From positions 1 to 64,000 of the forward strand of contig JBHLJY010000007.1 of NCBI GenBank assembly GCA_048887225.1: DNA of 64,000 bases. The letters run 5' to 3'. Shown here one piece after another: positions 20,001-29,443 of this stretch; positions within the stretch are counted from its first letter, which is position 1; every line of letters starts with the position of its first letter. The position numbers were made by a program, and so were the translations under genes. Below the pieces are notes generated by a model. The model did no database searches and had not been told where the DNA came from. It saw nothing but the letters and a program-made list of their open reading frames with translations. Origin of the DNA: Candidatus Hodarchaeota archaeon. Lineage in GTDB: Archaea; Asgardarchaeota; Lokiarchaeia; Sigyniarchaeales; SOKP01.

Positions 20001-22676
20001 TGCGCAGAACAATATGTTTTCATCCACTCTTGTCATTCCGGTGGTTATAACGACGAAATTCCCCCATCCTTGAGTAGTGAAAATCGTTTCCTCATTAGTC
20101 CATGCAAAGTTGACCAACTTTGTTGGAAAGGTATTGGTCAATTTATAGAAGCATTTGAGACCTCTGTAGAAAATTTTTTCCAAAATGGTGATTATAATCA
20201 AGATGGATTCGTTGATTTTAATGAAGCATTTAATTATATGGTTGAAATTATAAATAAATCTGATCCTGTTTTAAGTGATGGGATTTATAATACGATAAAT
20301 AATCCCGTGGATGGAATACGACCTGTAATTGCTAATGTTAGTGAAAAATACTCTGAAGGAAACACACGTATAGAATTAAATTTCACGATCGATGGAATTG
20401 GTTATGTAAAAAGCATAAATGTTTGGTTAGGAAAATTGAATGAATTCAATAATTTGGGAGAATTGATTGAAAACATTTCCGTTCCCGTGATTTACGATAA
20501 CAATGGGGGTCAAGGACGCTATTATTTAAGTCATACAACATCTCAAGTGATTAATACATATTTTATTCATGTAAAGTACGAATATTCAGCCAGAAATACT
20601 GTATATAATAGATTTATTGATAATGATAACAATGATATTCCTGATTGTATGGAAATTTTTGACACAGATGGAGATAGATTATCAGACGGATTTGAAATTT
20701 ATATTAGTGAAACAGATCCATTAGATAAGAACGATCCTTTCTTCTTAATCCCTCCCGGTTCTGATATGTCTTTCATTTATCACGATCCTATTTTAATCTC
20801 TTCCAATGATGATTTTACGCCTGAGAATGGAGTAATAGGGGGAAGCGGGAGCCAACAAGATCCTTATATAATTCAGGGATGGATTTTTAAAGGTGATGGT
20901 TTGACCGATCAAATTAGCATTCAGGATACGGATAAATATTTTATAATTCAATTTTGTATTATTATTAATTCTGGGACTTCAAATATTATAATGGATAATG
21001 TTTCCAATGGAATCTTAATAAATAATTTTATATCAAATTCCAATAGAGGTATAGTTATTTCAAATTCAAATACAATTATTATACTCGCTAATATAATAAA
21101 AAATAATGAATATGGTATTTATTTAAATAACTCACATTATAATTTAATTTGGGGAAACACTGCCACCAACAACGATTATGGGATATATTTATGGCTAAGT
21201 GATGATAACACTATCTTGGGAAACACCATAAATGACAACACGGAATATGGGATATTTTTAGAGGATAATTGCCGTAACAACACTATAAAAGGAAACACCG
21301 CAAATAACAATGATTATGGAATATATTTAGCAAATAATGATAATAACATCATCACGGGAAATAAAGCTTATCATAATAGAAATGGCATTTATTTAAGTAA
21401 TTCACATTATAATTTCATTTCGGAAAACACCGCATCTGATAATAATAATGGAATAATATTAGAACATAGTGATAATAACACAATCTCGGGAAACACCGCA
21501 AACTACAACAGAGTGGCTGGGATATATTTAGAGGAAAGTGGTTATAATATTATATCGAGAAACACCGCCAACTACAACGGATGGATTGGGGGGATATTGT
21601 TATGGGATAGTAATAATAACAATCTCTCGGGAAATATTATAAACAATAACGATTATGGGATATATCTAATTAATAGTGATAAAAATATACTTTCAAGAAA
21701 TACCGCAAACAGCAATGTTTATGAGGGGATATATTTAGAATTTAGTAATAACGGAAAAATCTCAGGAAACACCGCAAACGAGAACGATTGGGATGGGATA
21801 TGTCTATGGTATAGTAATAATAACTCCGTCTCGGGAAACACCGCCAACTACAACAGTTTTAATGGGATATATTTAATGGGAAGTGATAACAACATCTCGA
21901 GAAACATTATAAACAACAACACTGAGTACGGGATAGATTTATATGGGGGTAATAACAACCTCTTTTATCAAAATTATTTCATTAATAATGGTTTTCACGC
22001 TCAAGATGGCGGAATAAGTACGAGATGGGACAATGGAACTATTGGGAATTATTGGGATGATTATTCCGGTGTAGATGAGGACGACGATAATATTGGAGAT
22101 GCGCCCTATAATAAAAATAGTGTAATCGATAATTACCCTATTTATCGTTATCATAAAAGTCCAATTTATATCGATGATAGTGCCGAAAATAACTGGGAAT
22201 GGGCGAAAAAACAAATTTGGTGCTCTGGTTCTGGTACTCTGACTGATCCTTATGTAATTAAGGATCTTATAATTAACGGTGGTGGTTCTGCAAAAGGAAG
22301 TTGTATATCAATTAAAAATTCCGATGCATATTTTAGGATCGAAAATTGTAAGGTTTACAATTCAGGATTTCAGGGTATCGATGCGGGAATTATTTTAATC
22401 AACACTAATAATGGAGAAATAACTAATAACGATGTTTCGGAAAATTGGTTTGGGATAACTTTATGGAACTCAGATGGAAACTTTGTAAATCATAATAATC
22501 TCGATGAAAATTTTATTGGTATTATCATTAGGGATTATTCAAGTGGGAATACTATAACTGAAAATACTTTTAGCGATCATCAGGGTGGCATTCTAATTGC
22601 GGTACCAATGGGAGACAATGAAATTCACTCAAATTTATTTTACGGAAGCCGTTCTTGGGACTTTTTATACGTTTAA
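17040..22676 (+). CDS. Beta-helix (NosD/CASH) module protein with an embedded clan CD cysteine peptidase (C13/caspase-like) and Ca-binding loops
   Basis: Signal peptide; 5 beta-helix modules; YALLIGG...FFFFIYEHGG...VFIHSCHSGG (His-Cys dyad) at ~19680-20240; DYNQDGFVDFNEAF (EF-hand-like); DTDGDRLSDGFE (TSP3-like); ends WDFLYV. Confidence 0.85.
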   Translation: MISKNKKKIILTVAILSIAMILANILQAGTVSIAPLKTKNLSSDDIDEETYQAPDNDDEIETVRTAGIIESPIYIDNNTENNWDWAKDQGLCSGSGTDIDPYVIEDLIIDGGGSGSCILIENSNAHFRIENCTVYNSGSDLYDAGIRLHNSINGKIINNDCSQNANGICLEDGSSFNTLKNNFIVENYYGISIWTSSENNITTNTFSNNDYGILILGSSSYNTFYLNSFYLSFYFHVLYFFCPGTGDSWDNGIFGNYWDDYIGIDEDDDGIGDTPYNKNSVIDNYPIWDDGYDGTPIHIYDNPYNTWEWVSTLSWCSGDGTEDEPYVIQDLIIDAGGLGSCILIENSDAYFRIENCTVYNSGSGYAGIKLYSTTNGEIIDNECSLNSYGIYLMSSDNNTISGNIANNNFYRGIYLSYSDSNTISGNTANDNDYWGIYLYFSESNTISGNIANDNFYRGMFLYFSDSNTISGNIVNNNDHAGIVLLESNDNIVIKNTFFNNFYSIYISGTSSDNVFYLNSFYGSLVKHVRYGVYSGTGNSWDNGIAGNYWNDYKEIYPNATNNGNIWDISYEIYEAVSEYDNYPLVHPYISSIYIDDDAENNWEWSRNQYWCSGSGTYTDPYVIKDLIIDADVPGYGLYIRDSDAYFRIENCTVCNSGRWAVGIKLVNTNNGKIINNNCSLNNYGIFLSNSDNNTISGNTVNNNDYGIRFVESNNNTVSGNTVNYNNQYGIYISSNNAVNPCRYNTISENNFSNNIKYGIYLYFSDNNTISGNIANNNGDDGIMLYSSNFNDVSFNNASFNGDDGIHLTKTSQYNSIYNNNAFNNSLYGICLTYASHNNTIENNILVDNHNHGLCIYTLCKDNIDINNIEYRTYEPDPGISEAYALLIGGSANPSAPYWLKPIIIDKFKMKQENIFTLKTDADHNQIGNLTKEIVYEAFDNISKLIDSNDIFFFFIYEHGGTSGNLLMSYFSYNHEDGSLQESLDKIYCAEQYVFIHSCHSGGYNDEIPPSLSSENRFLISPCKVDQLCWKGIGQFIEAFETSVENFFQNGDYNQDGFVDFNEAFNYMVEIINKSDPVLSDGIYNTINNPVDGIRPVIANVSEKYSEGNTRIELNFTIDGIGYVKSINVWLGKLNEFNNLGELIENISVPVIYDNNGGQGRYYLSHTTSQVINTYFIHVKYEYSARNTVYNRFIDNDNNDIPDCMEIFDTDGDRLSDGFEIYISETDPLDKNDPFFLIPPGSDMSFIYHDPILISSNDDFTPENGVIGGSGSQQDPYIIQGWIFKGDGLTDQISIQDTDKYFIIQFCIIINSGTSNIIMDNVSNGILINNFISNSNRGIVISNSNTIIILANIIKNNEYGIYLNNSHYNLIWGNTATNNDYGIYLWLSDDNTILGNTINDNTEYGIFLEDNCRNNTIKGNTANNNDYGIYLANNDNNIITGNKAYHNRNGIYLSNSHYNFISENTASDNNNGIILEHSDNNTISGNTANYNRVAGIYLEESGYNIISRNTANYNGWIGGILLWDSNNNNLSGNIINNNDYGIYLINSDKNILSRNTANSNVYEGIYLEFSNNGKISGNTANENDWDGICLWYSNNNSVSGNTANYNSFNGIYLMGSDNNISRNIINNNTEYGIDLYGGNNNLFYQNYFINNGFHAQDGGISTRWDNGTIGNYWDDYSGVDEDDDNIGDAPYNKNSVIDNYPIYRYHKSPIYIDDSAENNWEWAKKQIWCSGSGTLTDPYVIKDLIINGGGSAKGSCISIKNSDAYFRIENCKVYNSGFQGIDAGIILINTNNGEITNNDVSENWFGITLWNSDGNFVNHNNLDENFIGIIIRDYSSGNTITENTFSDHQGGILIAVPMGDNEIHSNLFYGSRSWDFLYV

Positions 22677-22826
22677 AGGTAAGAATTGTTAATATAAATG
22701 AATTTAAATCTTTTTTTTTCTAAATTTTTCAATAAAACAAAATACATCTCCTTTTTTGTCAGTCTGTCCTAATAAGTAAGAACGATTTAAAATTTTCCAC
22801 ATTGATGATTTTAAAGGGATTACTTT

Positions 22827-22973
22827 TTATTAAAGAATTTTACTAAAATTCAGTAGAAATTATTATTTTTTGTTTAAATTTTACTCCAGTTTTTAAAATA
22901 GGTTAAATAATTTAATTTAAATTAAATTTGGAAAATTTAATACTTCAATAAGTTACCATATGATTTTAAATAG
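22827..22973 (+). promoter_or_regulatory. Duplicated 147-bp upstream region, copy 2, ending in a TATA box
   Basis: Homologous to 8564-8710; ends TTACCATATGATTTTAAATAG about 95 nt before the start. Confidence 0.7.
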
Positions 22974-23068
22974 TATTAATAAAATATTAAATATAGTGAT
23001 ATAGGCATATGTCGATGTGACTATATCTCAATACAGCATATATTTATAATAAATCTAAAAAAAAAATA

Positions 23069-26000
23069 ATGGAAAGAACAAAAATGTTATTAAAAAATAG
23101 AAAAAAAACAATACTTACCGTTGCGACACTTACTATTGTAATAATCTTTGCAAATATTCTTCAAGCAAGTACAATTTCATTTGTTCCTCTGAAAGTAGAA
23201 GCATTTTCTCAAAATAATTCGAGTGATATTGATACTCAAAATAACATCGGGTTAGATGACCTCAAAGAAGATACTACTAGTTTTTCAGATGATAAAATCA
23301 GTGATTTCCAATATGATCTTTCATCAATGAAAATTCGAGATGATAATAAAGTTGAATTTGTTATAAAAAAAGATGGTTTGGAAATTACTCCAGAAATAAA
23401 TCAACTTTTCATTGAGTATGATGTTGAAATTCATAAAGAACTCAATTCAATTAACTGCATTATTGTCTATATCTCACTAGATTCAATTGAAAGTTTTATA
23501 CTTGATGCAGAATCTACTCTGGGAATCGCCTATGCGGAACCTAACTATATTTATAAGGCTAGTTTTATCCCCAATGATTATTATTATTTAAGTCATCAAT
23601 GGGATTTACCATTAATCGGCATGGAATCAGCATGGGATTACGGATTAGGTTCTCATGATGTATTAGTTGCGGTTATTGATACAGGTATTGATTATAACCA
23701 TCCTGATCTTACTGAAAATTATGTTCCCTTAGGGTATGATTGGATTAATGATGATAATGATCCGTGGGATGACGAGGGTCACGGAACTCATTGTGCAGGC
23801 ACAATTGCGGCCAGTATTAATAATGGTGTGGGTATTGCTGGTATGGCTAATGTTTCTATATTCGCAGAAAAATCATTAAATGCAACCGGCTATGGAACAC
23901 ATGCACAAGTTGCATCAGGAGTAGAGCATGCTGTAGCGATGGGTGCCGATATTATTAGTTTATCTCTTGGCGGTTATTATGATTCTTCAACATTGCGAGT
24001 AGAAATTGAAAATGCAATAGATCAGGGTGTTATGGTAATAGCCGCAGCTGGAAATGATGGTGTTAATATTCCTCACTATCCTGCTGCTTATCCTGACGTA
24101 ATAGCTGTTGCCGCAACTGACCAAAACGACCAAAGAGCAGATTTCCCTGGCTGGTGGGCTTCAAATTTTGGCGATTGGATTGATATCTCGGCACCTGGGG
24201 CTTTTATCTATTCTACAATCCCAGGAAATGGTTATGCTGCTTACAGTGGTACATCCATGGCTTGTCCTCATGTGGCGGGTCTTGCAGCTTTAATCATGAG
24301 CAAATCTCCAACCATTACTCCAAGTGAAATTGAAGAATTAATAATCGATAGAGCAGTTGATCTGGGCGATTCTGGATGGGATAAATTTTATGGATGGGGT
24401 AGAATTGATGCAAATAATCTCCGCCTTAGTAATCCAATTCATATTGATGATAGTGCTGGGAATAACTGGGAATGGGCAAAAGATGAATTTGCCTTACCTG
24501 GTTCTGGTGAAGAGTGGAATCCTTATGTAATTCAAGATCTTATAATTTATGGAAGTGGTTCGGGAAGTTGTATACTAATTGAAAATTCCAATGCATATTT
24601 TAGGATCGAAAATTGTGAGGTCTACAATTCAGGCTCTTTTGTAAATGATGCGGGAATCAAATTAATCAATACTAATAATGGAGAAATAATTGATAATGAC
24701 TGTTCGCAAAATTACGGTGGGATACTTCTAGAGGAAAGTAATATTAACACCATCTCAGGAAACACTGCAAATAAAAATGATAATTTTGGGATACATTTAT
24801 TAGGGAGTGAAAAAAACACTGTCTCTGGAAACACCGTAAACGAAAACTATTTTGGGATATATTTAGCAAATAGTAATGATACCACTATAACCGAAAATAC
24901 TTTTAGCGATAATTCAATTGGCATTTTAATTCTGGGAACATCGTCATACAATACATTTTACTTAAATTCATTTTATAGAAGCCCTTCTTCCCACGTTTAT
25001 TACTTTTTATATTCAGGGTCGGGAGATTCATGGGATAATGGTTCTATTGGAAACTATTGGGATGATTATACTGGTGTAGACGATGATGATAACGGTATCG
25101 GAGATACTCATTATTATAAAAACGGAGCAATTGATAAATACCCGATTTGGGACGACGGGCCTTATGGAGGTAAAATTCATATTGATAATCATGATTGGAA
25201 TAACTGGACGTGGGCAAGCACTCGAATTTGGTGCTCTGGTTCTGGTACTCCTAATGACCCTTATGTAATTCAGGATCTTATACTTGATGCTGGTGGTTCG
25301 GGAAGTTGCATATTAATTGAAAATTCTAATGCCTATTTTAGGATCGAAAATTGTGAGGTTTATAATTCGGGATCTTTTGTTTTGGATGCGGGAATCAAAT
25401 TATACAATACTATAAATGGAAAAATAATTAATAACATCTGTTCGCAAAATAAAAACGGGATTTTTTTATGGAATAGTAATGATAACACTGTCTCGGGAAA
25501 CATCGCAAACAAAAATGATAATATTGGGATACCTATAGTTTATAGTGATGATAACACCATCTCAGGAAACATTATAAATGACAACAGTGATGCGGGGCTA
25601 TTCTTATTTGTGAGTGAAAGAAACACTGTCTCAGGAAACACTGTAAACGACAACGATGCTGAAGGGCTGTATTTATATAGTAGTGATGATAATAGTGTGA
25701 CTGGAAATAATTTTATCGATAATACGTATGGCATTTTAATTATGGGAACATCCTCATATAATACATTTTACTTAAATTCATTTTATAGTAGCTCAATATC
25801 CCATGCTAAGTACGATTCTTCTTATATAGGAACGGGGAATTCATGGGATAGTGGTTCTATCGGAAATTTTTGGGATGATTATGAAAAAAAATATCCATAT
25901 GCTAATCCTGATGGAAATATTTGGAATATGCCTTATGATATTTATGTACCTTTATCGCAATCGGATAATTATCCAATTTATAGTCATGAACCAATTCACA

Positions 26001-27493
26001 TTGATGATAATGCCGGAAATAATTGGGAATGGGCAACCACTAAAGTTTGGTGCTCTGGTTCTGGTACTCTTACTAATCCTTATGTAATTCAGTATCGTAA
26101 AATTGACGCTGGTGGTTCGGGAAGTTGTATATTAATTGAAAATTCTGAAGCGTATTTTAGGATCGAAAATTGTTTGGTTTTCAATGCAGGAACAGGAGGT
26201 TACCCCCCCTACGAGGAGGCAGGAATCAAATTAAACAACACTAATAATGGAAAAATAATTGATAATGACTGTTCGAACAACATATACGGAATATTTTTAC
26301 AGAGCAGTAATGATAACATAGTCTCGGGAAACACCGCAAATGATAATGATTATACTGGGATAATCATAGATAATAGTGATGATAACACCATCTCAGAAAA
26401 CACCGCAAATGATAACGATTATACTGGGATACTTTTATATAGCAGTAATGGTAACACTATATCGGGAAACACAGCAAATAACAATGGCAATAGTTTTGAT
26501 GGCGCTGGGATATATTTATATAAAAGCGATTTTAATAACATCTCCAGAAATATCTTAATCAACAATGGTAGAGCATATTATTATGATGGTTATGGGATAT
26601 ATTTAGGGGAGGAATCAACTCTAAACATTTTAAAAAATAATCTCATCGTTGAAAATTCCAATGGTATTTACTTTTATAGATCAGGTAACAATAAAGTGAC
26701 TGAAAATGTTTTAGTCGATAATGAACTATATGCCATTTCACTTACAAATTCTTATGACAATACAATTTATTTGAATTCATTTTATGGAACTGATGTTTAT
26801 CTATGGGATTATTGGTTGACCGATTGGGATTATGGGGGTCTTGGAAACTATTGGGATGATTATAAAGAAAGATATCCATATGCTAATCCTGATGGAAATA
26901 TTTGGGATACGCCTTATGTGATCTCTTCTAGTACTGGTTTTGGTGGAATTGATTACTTTCCGTTAGTCAATCCATACGATTCCAGGGATAAGGAAAATCC
27001 AATTCATATCGATGATACTGCCTGGAATAACTGGGCTTGGGCGAAAAGTCAAGGTTTGTGCTCTGGTTTCGGTACAGAGGAGGAACCTTACGTGATTAAG
27101 GATCTTATAATTAAAGGTGGTCCTGTACCTGGAATTGGTATATCAATCAAAAATTCCGAAGCGTACTTTAGGATCGAAAATTGTAAGGTTCACCATTCAG
27201 GAACAGGAATTACATTAAAAAACACTAATAATGGTGAAATAATTAATAACGACTTTTCCCAAAATACAATCGGGATATCTTTAGAGAATTCAGATGGAAA
27301 CACTTTAAGGAATAATCTCCTCGTTGATAATGTAATAGGTCTTATCATTAGGGATTACTCAAGTGAAAATAGTGTAATTGGAAATAGTTTTACCGATAAT
27401 TTAGGTGGCATTCTAATCGCGGTACCATGGTTGGACAATACAATTCACTCGAATTCATTTTATGGCGGCAGATGGGACTTTTATTACGTTTAA
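23069..27493 (+). CDS. Secreted S8 subtilisin/thermitase-like serine protease with prodomain followed by 4 beta-helix modules
   Basis: VAVIDTGID, GHGTHCAG, AAAGN, SGTSMACPHVAG (complete triad and oxyanion Asn); YAEPNY prodomain end; ends WDFYYV. Confidence 0.92.
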   Translation: MERTKMLLKNRKKTILTVATLTIVIIFANILQASTISFVPLKVEAFSQNNSSDIDTQNNIGLDDLKEDTTSFSDDKISDFQYDLSSMKIRDDNKVEFVIKKDGLEITPEINQLFIEYDVEIHKELNSINCIIVYISLDSIESFILDAESTLGIAYAEPNYIYKASFIPNDYYYLSHQWDLPLIGMESAWDYGLGSHDVLVAVIDTGIDYNHPDLTENYVPLGYDWINDDNDPWDDEGHGTHCAGTIAASINNGVGIAGMANVSIFAEKSLNATGYGTHAQVASGVEHAVAMGADIISLSLGGYYDSSTLRVEIENAIDQGVMVIAAAGNDGVNIPHYPAAYPDVIAVAATDQNDQRADFPGWWASNFGDWIDISAPGAFIYSTIPGNGYAAYSGTSMACPHVAGLAALIMSKSPTITPSEIEELIIDRAVDLGDSGWDKFYGWGRIDANNLRLSNPIHIDDSAGNNWEWAKDEFALPGSGEEWNPYVIQDLIIYGSGSGSCILIENSNAYFRIENCEVYNSGSFVNDAGIKLINTNNGEIIDNDCSQNYGGILLEESNINTISGNTANKNDNFGIHLLGSEKNTVSGNTVNENYFGIYLANSNDTTITENTFSDNSIGILILGTSSYNTFYLNSFYRSPSSHVYYFLYSGSGDSWDNGSIGNYWDDYTGVDDDDNGIGDTHYYKNGAIDKYPIWDDGPYGGKIHIDNHDWNNWTWASTRIWCSGSGTPNDPYVIQDLILDAGGSGSCILIENSNAYFRIENCEVYNSGSFVLDAGIKLYNTINGKIINNICSQNKNGIFLWNSNDNTVSGNIANKNDNIGIPIVYSDDNTISGNIINDNSDAGLFLFVSERNTVSGNTVNDNDAEGLYLYSSDDNSVTGNNFIDNTYGILIMGTSSYNTFYLNSFYSSSISHAKYDSSYIGTGNSWDSGSIGNFWDDYEKKYPYANPDGNIWNMPYDIYVPLSQSDNYPIYSHEPIHIDDNAGNNWEWATTKVWCSGSGTLTNPYVIQYRKIDAGGSGSCILIENSEAYFRIENCLVFNAGTGGYPPYEEAGIKLNNTNNGKIIDNDCSNNIYGIFLQSSNDNIVSGNTANDNDYTGIIIDNSDDNTISENTANDNDYTGILLYSSNGNTISGNTANNNGNSFDGAGIYLYKSDFNNISRNILINNGRAYYYDGYGIYLGEESTLNILKNNLIVENSNGIYFYRSGNNKVTENVLVDNELYAISLTNSYDNTIYLNSFYGTDVYLWDYWLTDWDYGGLGNYWDDYKERYPYANPDGNIWDTPYVISSSTGFGGIDYFPLVNPYDSRDKENPIHIDDTAWNNWAWAKSQGLCSGFGTEEEPYVIKDLIIKGGPVPGIGISIKNSEAYFRIENCKVHHSGTGITLKNTNNGEIINNDFSQNTIGISLENSDGNTLRNNLLVDNVIGLIIRDYSSENSVIGNSFTDNLGGILIAVPWLDNTIHSNSFYGGRWDFYYV

Positions 27494-27848
27494 GGTTAAG
27501 AATTGCTAATAAAAATAAATAATTTTTTTTTCTTTTACATTGCTTCACTTTTTAATTTTTCATAATACATTAATCTACTGTTTTTTTATAAGAAATTAAA
27601 AATCCCTTTAATTTATTTGAATTAGCCATTAAGGAAGGGCTCACAAAATATTTAGTGTGTTGTAAGATCATGTATATTTTTGCATATTTTATTAGAAAAA
27701 AATTTAGGATAAAAAGCCATAAAAGGAGCTCTTTTTAAACGCTCTCACATATTTTTTTTTTCAAAATATTTAAAAAAAAAATTGTGTAGTTTACTTTAAA
27801 CATTTTTTAATTTAACTGAATTTTGTATCTACCCAAAAAGTCTATTAA

Positions 27849-29264
27849 TTAAAATTTAGGTCTTTTATCTTGCCATGGAGCGATTTCTTCAAATGCTTTA
27901 GAGATCTGCAATACAGTTAATTCATCAAATCGCCTTCCAACAATTTGCATACCAATTGGTAATCCGTCGCTTGACCAACCACAAGGGACTGATGCTGCAG
28001 GTAATCCAGTTAGATTGAATGGATATGTGAAAGGGTACCATCCAGAATGAGAGACAGCTTTTCCTCTGATTTTATCAACATGGACCTTCCCTAATTCAAA
28101 AGCAGGGACGGCAGTTGTAGGAGTTATTAAAATGTCATAATCCTTGAAAAAGCGGTAAATAACTTCATCTAAGGCTATTCTCTGGGCGATTGCAATATGG
28201 AAATCTACTGCTGATATTGGTAAGCCTAAATCAATTTGTTTTGCATATCCTGGTGTTAATTTTTCTCTCCATTGTTCGATTTTGTTACCATTGTCATAGG
28301 CAGCGGTGGCTGCTGCAAATGTATAAAAGGCATTTTCTGCTTTTCTCATTTTAATTTTTGCTTGTTCAGTGGTCCAATCGAATTGTTCAAATTTTGTTAT
28401 TGCTTCTAAAACAGCTTTTTCAACATTTTCATCGATGGCTTTAGCAATACCTAAATCTAAAGAATATCCTATTTTTAATTTCGATGGCTTTTCTTCGATT
28501 AGATCAATATAATTAATTGGATCTTTTGGTAATGATTGTTTATCACCATTATGAGGGCCTTTCATTACATCTAACATCAGGGCTGCATCCTTTACAAAGC
28601 GAGCTAATGGCCCATAGTGATCCATAGTATAAAAATATAGTGTCTTCCGTGGATATTTTGGAATTCTTCCAAATGTAGGTTTAAGTCCATAAATTCCACA
28701 TAAACAACTAGGAACTCTGATAGATCCCCCTGCATCAGAGCCTAACGCCATAGGGCTAATACCTGCAGCAACAGCAGCACCTGCACCCCCAGATGATCCC
28801 CCTGATGTTTTTTCGACATTCCAAGGATTTTTAGTAGCACCAAAAACTAAATTATCTGTAATAGTAACGTGACCAAACTCAGGAGTGTTCGTTTTTCCTA
28901 AAATAACACACCCTGCCTTTTTTAACCTTTTTACAACAATCTCATCTCGCTCCGGTATAAAGTTTTCATACATTTTAGAGCCATATGTAGTTCTAATTCC
29001 CTTTGTCATAACTAAATCCTTGATACTTGTAGGAACTCCATTTAAAACACCAAGTTTTTCTCTCTTTTTAACTGCCTCATCGGCATTTTTTGCCATCTCT
29101 CTTGCTAAATCAAATGTAGTAGTGCAGTAAGCGTTAATTAATGGATTAATTTTTTCAATCCTTTCAATTATAGCCTCAGTTATTTCTTGAGAAGTCATTT
29201 CTTGCCTTTTTATTGCGTCTGTCATGTCGCAAGCAGACATAAAACAAATTTCTTCTTTATTCAT
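27849..29264 (-). CDS. Amidase signature family enzyme
   Basis: GVPTSIKDL, GKTNTPEFG, SGGSSGG, GSDAGGSIRVP, NLTGLPAASVP, GLPIGMQIVG. Confidence 0.92.
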   Translation of the reverse strand: MNKEEICFMSACDMTDAIKRQEMTSQEITEAIIERIEKINPLINAYCTTTFDLAREMAKNADEAVKKREKLGVLNGVPTSIKDLVMTKGIRTTYGSKMYENFIPERDEIVVKRLKKAGCVILGKTNTPEFGHVTITDNLVFGATKNPWNVEKTSGGSSGGAGAAVAAGISPMALGSDAGGSIRVPSCLCGIYGLKPTFGRIPKYPRKTLYFYTMDHYGPLARFVKDAALMLDVMKGPHNGDKQSLPKDPINYIDLIEEKPSKLKIGYSLDLGIAKAIDENVEKAVLEAITKFEQFDWTTEQAKIKMRKAENAFYTFAAATAAYDNGNKIEQWREKLTPGYAKQIDLGLPISAVDFHIAIAQRIALDEVIYRFFKDYDILITPTTAVPAFELGKVHVDKIRGKAVSHSGWYPFTYPFNLTGLPAASVPCGWSSDGLPIGMQIVGRRFDELTVLQISKAFEEIAPWQDKRPKF

Positions 29265-29443
29265 GATTAATATTCATTTTTTATATTATTAATAATAATT
29301 TTACTGACAACATCTAATATAAATATAGTTTCTAAGAATAATCTTAAGAAAGGAAAAATTAAAATTTGTTCTAAAAAACCATTAATTGAAGGAAACTTTA
29401 ATATCTAATTTAAACCGATTTAAATAAATTCTTTGATGGCAAA

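Noticed and set aside
9580-26500. Recurrent ~20-bp motif TCTCGGGAAACACCGCAAA at roughly 66-72 bp spacing, superficially CRISPR-like
   Set aside because: It is the in-frame coding of ISGNTAN in beta-helix coils; the copies are degenerate, the 'spacers' are homologous to each other, and there are no cas genes
27849-29264. Amidase as GatA of the tRNA amidotransferase
   Set aside because: No gatB or gatC adjacent, and the sequence (TPEFG, NPWN) looks like a general amidase
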